Shown here piece by piece: positions 58,301 to 64,000 of a DNA stretch of 64,000 nucleotides. The notes beneath the pieces were generated by a model. The model was not told the origin of the DNA, searched no databases, and saw only the letters and a list, made by a program, of their open reading frames with translations. The DNA comes from Antechinus flavipes (lineage: Eukaryota). The first letter of the stretch is position 1; the number at the start of each line of letters is the position of its first letter. The translations under genes were made by a program, and so were the position numbers. The stretch covers positions 39,432,001 to 39,496,000 of the forward strand of contig NC_067401.1 of the NCBI RefSeq assembly GCF_016432865.1. The letters run 5' to 3'.

Positions 58301-58933
58301 CGGCCGTGAGGGACAGGGCTTTCCAGGCTCCGGTACCACTTCTGCCACTCTGGACAACTCCCCAAGTTAGGCTACCAAAGACTTGGTAAACAGGCCCCTC
58401 GGCTGTGACACAAAACAGCTCGAGTCTTGTCAGACAATTGCCAAAGAGTCGTCTTCAGTGTGGGCAAGATCAGGACAGCCGAGACCAACGAGCTCTTCTG
58501 AAGGCAGGTGCTCCCTCTTCTCCCTCCAAATTTCATCTAGCAGACAGGCACCTGTCCTGAGTTCAAGGCAAATTGCAAGTGACATGCTGGTCATATGACT
58601 AAGGAGCCTGGGTGTGCAAGAGGAACTATCATAACAAATATAAACTCTGGGGGTTTAAAAACAGGGATACATTTATAAAAGCAAACAAACTCCCTACACT
58701 TTTATGCTTGAAACAAATTATGAGAAATTTGGTCCCATTCTTTGGATACCAGAAGACATCCTCCCATAATTTATGTTTTAATTTTCCAGTTGCATGAAGA
58801 AATCTCTGGAGCCCACAGGGCTGTGTCCTATTGTGATTTTCTTTTTTAAAATCCTCATTATTTTTTAATATTCTCTCTCTCTTTTTTTTTTTAAGGAAAA
58901 AAGGAAGGGGGATGTAGGGTATAAGCCGGAATG

Positions 58934-61900
58934 TTAGGATGCAACGGTTTCCATGGCAACATCAGTGTGAGGTTCCACAGTCCCCACTGACCCCAGAGCT
59001 TCAGCCCCCCTCCCTTCCAGCTCTTCCTCCGTGACCACCAAGGCATCCACCTCGGCCACCTCCTCCACAAGCGTGATCTCGGTGCCGTCGGGCTGCTGCC
59101 GGGACATGGCCTCCAGCTTGAGACGATACTGCTCCGCCTCCTGCTCCTTCTTTAGCAGCTGGTGCCGGTATTCCTGGGCCCTGCGATTGGCCTCTTGGAG
59201 CTGCTGCTGCAGCAATTCTCTCTCTGTATCTTCCTGTAAAAGTCCGCTGGGGTCAGGCTCATCTCCCTGTGGGGAGAAAGAAGCTTGGTCCTCCATCCCC
59301 AGCGGCCCCGGGAGCCCTTTCTCCATCTCCCCCAGACTGGCTCCTCTTCTCAGCTCTTCCATCAGTCCTTCACCCCACCCTGATCTTTCAATCCTGTCCA
59401 CCTAACATCCGTTATGGACGGCCCTTCTCTATTCCCGACAGGGCCTTACCATTGGCTGGGGTGACCCCTTCGCCCTCCATCTGGCTGCCAACATGGTCTC
59501 CCTAAAACCGCAGAAACACTCTGGCCCCTCAGCCAAGCCCCTTACCTCGCTGCCTTCCACGGGGTCGGTCACTTCTTCTGTCCTCGGTTTCTTGGCCACT
59601 GGCAGCTCCCCAGCTGCTCCTTCCTCTTCTGTGTCCTCTTCAATAATGGTCTCCTCTGCAACCTGACCAGCAGGTACAGTTAGAACTACAAACCAAGGGA
59701 CATCAAGGGAAGGAAGTAAATACACAAAGAAAAAAATACAGATCTTGCTTTTTGTGGGTTTGAGGATTCTCCACCCAAACAAATCAACATTGAAAAATTT
59801 AATTTGATGCCTTTTATTATATACACTGTTTGGGGAATCTAGCTAGGACTGTGGAAACATTTTAAAGCTCTTAAGGGAGTAGTGATACATAGTCAAAATT
59901 ACTAAAGCTTTAAAGACTGGAGCGGGGCATGCTGTGTGGTGAACAACAAGAATAAAGAATTGATTTTCCTTTCTGTATAGTATGGTGTAGGATTTTGGGA
60001 AATGGACTGGTATATTTACTAATAGGATTAACAGAGACAGAGTAAAATAGCAGGAGCAATCTAAAGAAGACCTAAAGTAACCACCTTGAGCCATTCACAA
60101 CAGGATAAAACTTGATGAGATGGTACAGTTTATAACAAAAATACCATAGCCAATTTTCACTTATCTGGATCAGAAGTAAGCTGTGGCAAAGAGCATCTAA
60201 AACAAATTTTTTTGTTTTTTGACTTCTGGATTTCAGCTTCTGTCTAATTTATTTGTCTCGTTAATTTTAATTAAGTTGACTATAGCTAATTTGTATTCTT
60301 TGAGTATTCTTCAATTGACAGTACATATCTGAGCCTTCTCCCACTCCCACTCCCACTGGAGATCAACCTAGGAACTTAAAATCTGCTGGAGGCAATCTAT
60401 AAAGGTACCATTCACAAAAGCAAATTTGATGGTATGGCAATGGCAACTTTTATCCCAATGCATTTTTCTGTTAAGAGTAAGCTAGTGATAGGGATAGGGC
60501 CTAGAACTGTGATTTCAATCTAATAGGAAACTCCCTCTCCTAATTCAGGTTGGCATTTTCTGCAGTTTGTCTGAGAGAAGTACAAAGAACACTGAAAGGC
60601 CCTGGGGTCCCACAGCCACAGATCTTTAGGGTGGGACTTGATCCTAGGGATTCCTGATTAAAGGCTAGTTCTCTAGCCACTCTACCAGGCTACACTATCA
60701 GGAATAAGCAAATAAACTTCATTCCAACACTAGCCTGTTCAAAAAATAGACAAAAGTCCTAATGAATCTAGCCTCTTGTCCCAATTAGCTTTCATCCATT
60801 CAACAAATTCAGGGTTCTCAAACACACCAACTAAACCCTGAAAAGCATCTGAAAACATAACTTGTATAGACAAGCTTGTCATCAATAATTTTCTAAACAG
60901 GCCTGAGAAGACCTGACCGTAAATGAAGTTTTTATTCCTTTTTACATTTCTGTTCCCATGAGACATAAATTCTTTTTTTTTCAATGAATGGGAGGAAGGG
61001 AAAAGTCTCACATAGCATCATGCAAACAAGAAAGCATGGGATTCTGAACAGAAGTTATAGTTTTGCTCGACACCTGAGTCATACTGGTAGAGAGAAAGGT
61101 GAGTATGCTGATTCTCTTCTCACCCCGAGACATTTTTAGAAAGAGTGAAGGAAGCTGAGACAGCCTGACTATATTTTTATGCCAATGTTTGCAGTATCAT
61201 GCAACTTCAACCAGTCCATACTCATCCTAACTTTCTTTTTATATTCAAGAGAATTTAATTTCTGTTCTGTCTTCCAATGGATAACCTTTCGAATGAAGCA
61301 GCTCACCTTGCTGTCCATCTTGCATAGTCACAATGAATGGGTGGCCAATACCACCAGTGGGAATTGCAGTCTGGAGATTACCCAGGGCGGCTCCATCTGT
61401 CACTATGGTGATGACCCTTTGGCCTCCACTCCCTACCACTTGCTGGATCGCTGAATCAACAGAACTTGCCTCCATGATTTCTTCTGAATTGGCTAAAAAT
61501 AAAAGATATAAATTTTTCTTTGATCTAGCACTTAAAAAAAATATATATATAGCTGAATGTCTTCTTGAAATAACATTCAAAAAATCAGATGAGGCCTGAA
61601 AATGCTGTTATAAATATGAACAAGTCACAAGATCCTGGTGCCAATAATGAGAAAATAACGCTGGCTCACGCAACAATAACAACAGAAAAGCAAATCTGAA
61701 AAGAGGCCCTTCTAAATGAAACTGACAAAATGCTCCCGCTGAAGGTTGGAAATAAAGTTATAAAGGACCACACGTCCAAAGGTTTGTCCTTTAACCTAAG
61801 GTGGTCTGATGACCAAGCTTTTCGCTTTCCTCGGTTGTTGTCACTTGTACACAGGACGCACTTCACAGAGAAAGGCTGCTCAATCAGGCACCTGTTACAC

Positions 61901-63457
61901 AGGAGGAATTAAGTCGGGGACTAGGAACTTATGGGGGAAAAGTCCAGAATGCCATTCCCACCCTCAAGAGGCTTCCTGGGGTGTTCAGGGAGAACAGGAG
62001 ACACATATGGCACAAGGCAGACTGAGAAGGGAGAGGTTCTTGGGGGGGAATCGGGGGTAGGTCCCAGCCTCTGACGGGTGAGAGAAGGAGGGACACGTTC
62101 CAGACCACCCTGGGGGGAGTGAAAGGGTGCCCAGAGCGAGGAGATAAGTCCCTGAAGCCCAGGGCGTGGCCTAGTTAGCAGTCCACAATGTCTGGATTAA
62201 ATATACTTGAGTACTTCCATAGGAGAATCAGAAGCTGGCCCAAGCACAAGCCCTCCCTCCTCTGTAGTCCTGAGGATTAGCCAAGAGCCAGTTACACAGT
62301 CTTCATAAAGTCCTGGTCTGATCACGCCCCTTTCCTATTTGAGAACTACAGAAGAACCCAGCTCCGCAGCCCCTTGTAACCTTTCCTGCCCGGTGCCGGC
62401 CGTGAGCCGCCACGCTGGGCCAATAAGCGGCTGCCCCTGAGCCTCGCGGCCCACCTCCTGCCTCCCTGCAGGACTTCTGCAGCTCCACTCCGTCCCTCTC
62501 TCCCAGGCCCGGCTTCCTCGGAGGATTCAGCCCGAGGCCTTCCCTCCTGCTGCCAGTGCTCCCTCTCCTCAAACATCCCCGGGCAGAGACGTCTCTGCAC
62601 GCACGCCACAGCCCCGGGGACAAGGGAAGCTTGCTGAAGGTAGGGACTGACATCTGGTCACCAAGCAGACCACCAGCAGAGCAGACTTAATGAAGTCTAT
62701 GAATGGAGACATCATCACTATTCAAGTGTTAGTGCTGGAGAGAAATCAGAACTATTTTTATGTGCAAAATATAAGAGATTCCCTGGGGGCTGGGGGGACT
62801 CCTAAAATATTCCTGGATGACCTCTCACCCTCCAAACTGTCGCTCTCTTCTTATGGCCCAGGCTCAAAGGCTGGAAGGCTTTTGGGAAGTGCACTCCCTC
62901 ACCTCCGTATAACCAGCAGAAGGAAAATCCCCAGACAAGCCGAGCACACACGCCAAGGCAGAGACAGGCAATGTTCCTATCTATTTTGATACAAGACATC
63001 TCAGCCAGCAATTCAGACTAAGAGCATCAGAGTCAAAACATGCCATACAATCTCTCTCAAGATCGTTTAATACAAATTAAAACACTTCATTCAATGTGAA
63101 GCCACTGGCGTCCCAGCTGACACACCAAGGTTGCAGAGACACAAAGAAATGAGTCACGTTCCCTGGGATTATTCAGCTGACTGATTACATCACTGAGCAA
63201 CTTTTCTTTCTGATGTTCAACAAATTCACATTACCTTTTTTTGGAGCTGCCTCTAATTAAGCATAATTCTTTTTCTTTTCATGCAAATTAGATCTGAAAA
63301 AATAAAAAGGAACTAGTCACTAGTCCTGTGCTCCCTCACTTACCTGGGGTTCTATGGGAGTTGGAAAGGGGCGCCGACGCCTCCGCCAGAGCGGCCAGGG
63401 TGGCCAGCACGGAGGTGGTGGAATTGGAGAACTGTACTGGTGAAGGGTGGGAATCAC
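58934..63457 (-). CDS. GABPB2: GA-binding protein subunit beta-2, last four coding exons (5' part outside the window)
   Basis: Exons 63344-63457, 61307-61492, 59546-59685 and 58934-59233, in phase. They encode [28 protein letters not shown]..., [14 protein letters not shown]...[23 protein letters not shown]...KKPR and the leucine-zipper-like [37 protein letters not shown]...METVAS*. Confidence 0.96.
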
Positions 63458-64000
63458 CTACGGAGGAGGAAAAGGCAGAAGAGGTTGAGCAGAGCCAGGG
63501 TGCCTGAAGATGAACCTCCTTGCCAATCAATACTAACGTATATCAGGTTTCAGTAAATTCATTTAAAGTCAAAAAACAAATCTCTTCCCTAAAGAGTAAA
63601 TTCACCAGCTGGGTACACGGGCGACTTCGAAGTGCCCTCTGGCTCTCTTCCCTCGTTGGTTCCTTCCTATCTGGGTGCTAGCATCCCGCATCCGCGGTTG
63701 ACGGGTCAGGGCACCCCCCAGCTTCCAGGCTCTGGCAGCTGACAGTCTTCCTTTATCCCAAACTGCCCCAGGGTCCTACTGAGACCTCTCACTCATAGGC
63801 AGAACATATGAAAGAACATCGAATTAAGAAGCAGAAGTTTTAACTGAGTGTGCGTGTTACAAAATGGGTGATCCTGGGATCCTGGACAAGTCATTGAACT
63901 TATCCTTTTATTTATAAAATTCAAACTACCTCATCACAAAAAGTCCTCGTGACAATGAAAGAACATAAGGCTTTGGAAATGAAAGCAGTCATTATTAAAC

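Noticed and set aside
59429-59545. GABPB2 ORF reading through the exon donor for 38 more codons, as a short isoform lacking the zipper
   Set aside because: No nearby polyA signal or recognisable conserved peptide. An open run of this length is common by chance.
1-64000. CRISPR arrays, tRNA/rRNA/snRNA genes, NUMTs or non-retroviral endogenous viral elements
   Set aside because: None recognised by eye. The tRNA-like heads belong to SINEs. Infernal/Rfam and TBLASTN searches would be needed to exclude weak cases.

Overview
Eukaryotic genomic DNA from a marsupial, probably an Australian dasyurid-type species. This is inferred from the repeat content: CORE-SINEs with RTE-derived tails (MAR1 type), marsupial-type L1 3' ends, and old RTE and CR1/L2 relics. 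The window is the block syntenic to human 1q21.3, reversed relative to the human + strand. Gene order is TMOD4 (3' six coding exons, +), SCNM1 (complete, -), LYSMD1 (complete, +), TNFAIP8L2/TIPE2 (complete CDS, -), a ~20 kb AT-rich stretch dense in transposon relics, SEMA6C (complete, 17 constitutive plus 1 alternative coding exon, +), and GABPB2 (last four coding exons plus a long 3' UTR, -). I traced all coding exons by hand with GT-AG boundaries and consistent phases. There is no CRISPR array, tRNA, rRNA or recognisable viral gene, and I cannot claim a new biological system. The best leads are regulatory: (1) an orphan housekeeping-type CpG promoter between the convergent 3' ends of SEMA6C and GABPB2, with candidate downstream exon and polyA signals; (2) a triple-MEF2/E-box module upstream of the first SEMA6C coding exon; (3) a 31-unit G-run/(ACAG)3 minisatellite with higher-order structure in SEMA6C; (4) a candidate alternative last exon of SCNM1 that would replace its acidic C-terminal tail. 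Gene identities rest on my recall of mammalian protein sequences, repeat boundaries are approximate, and no database searches were run.
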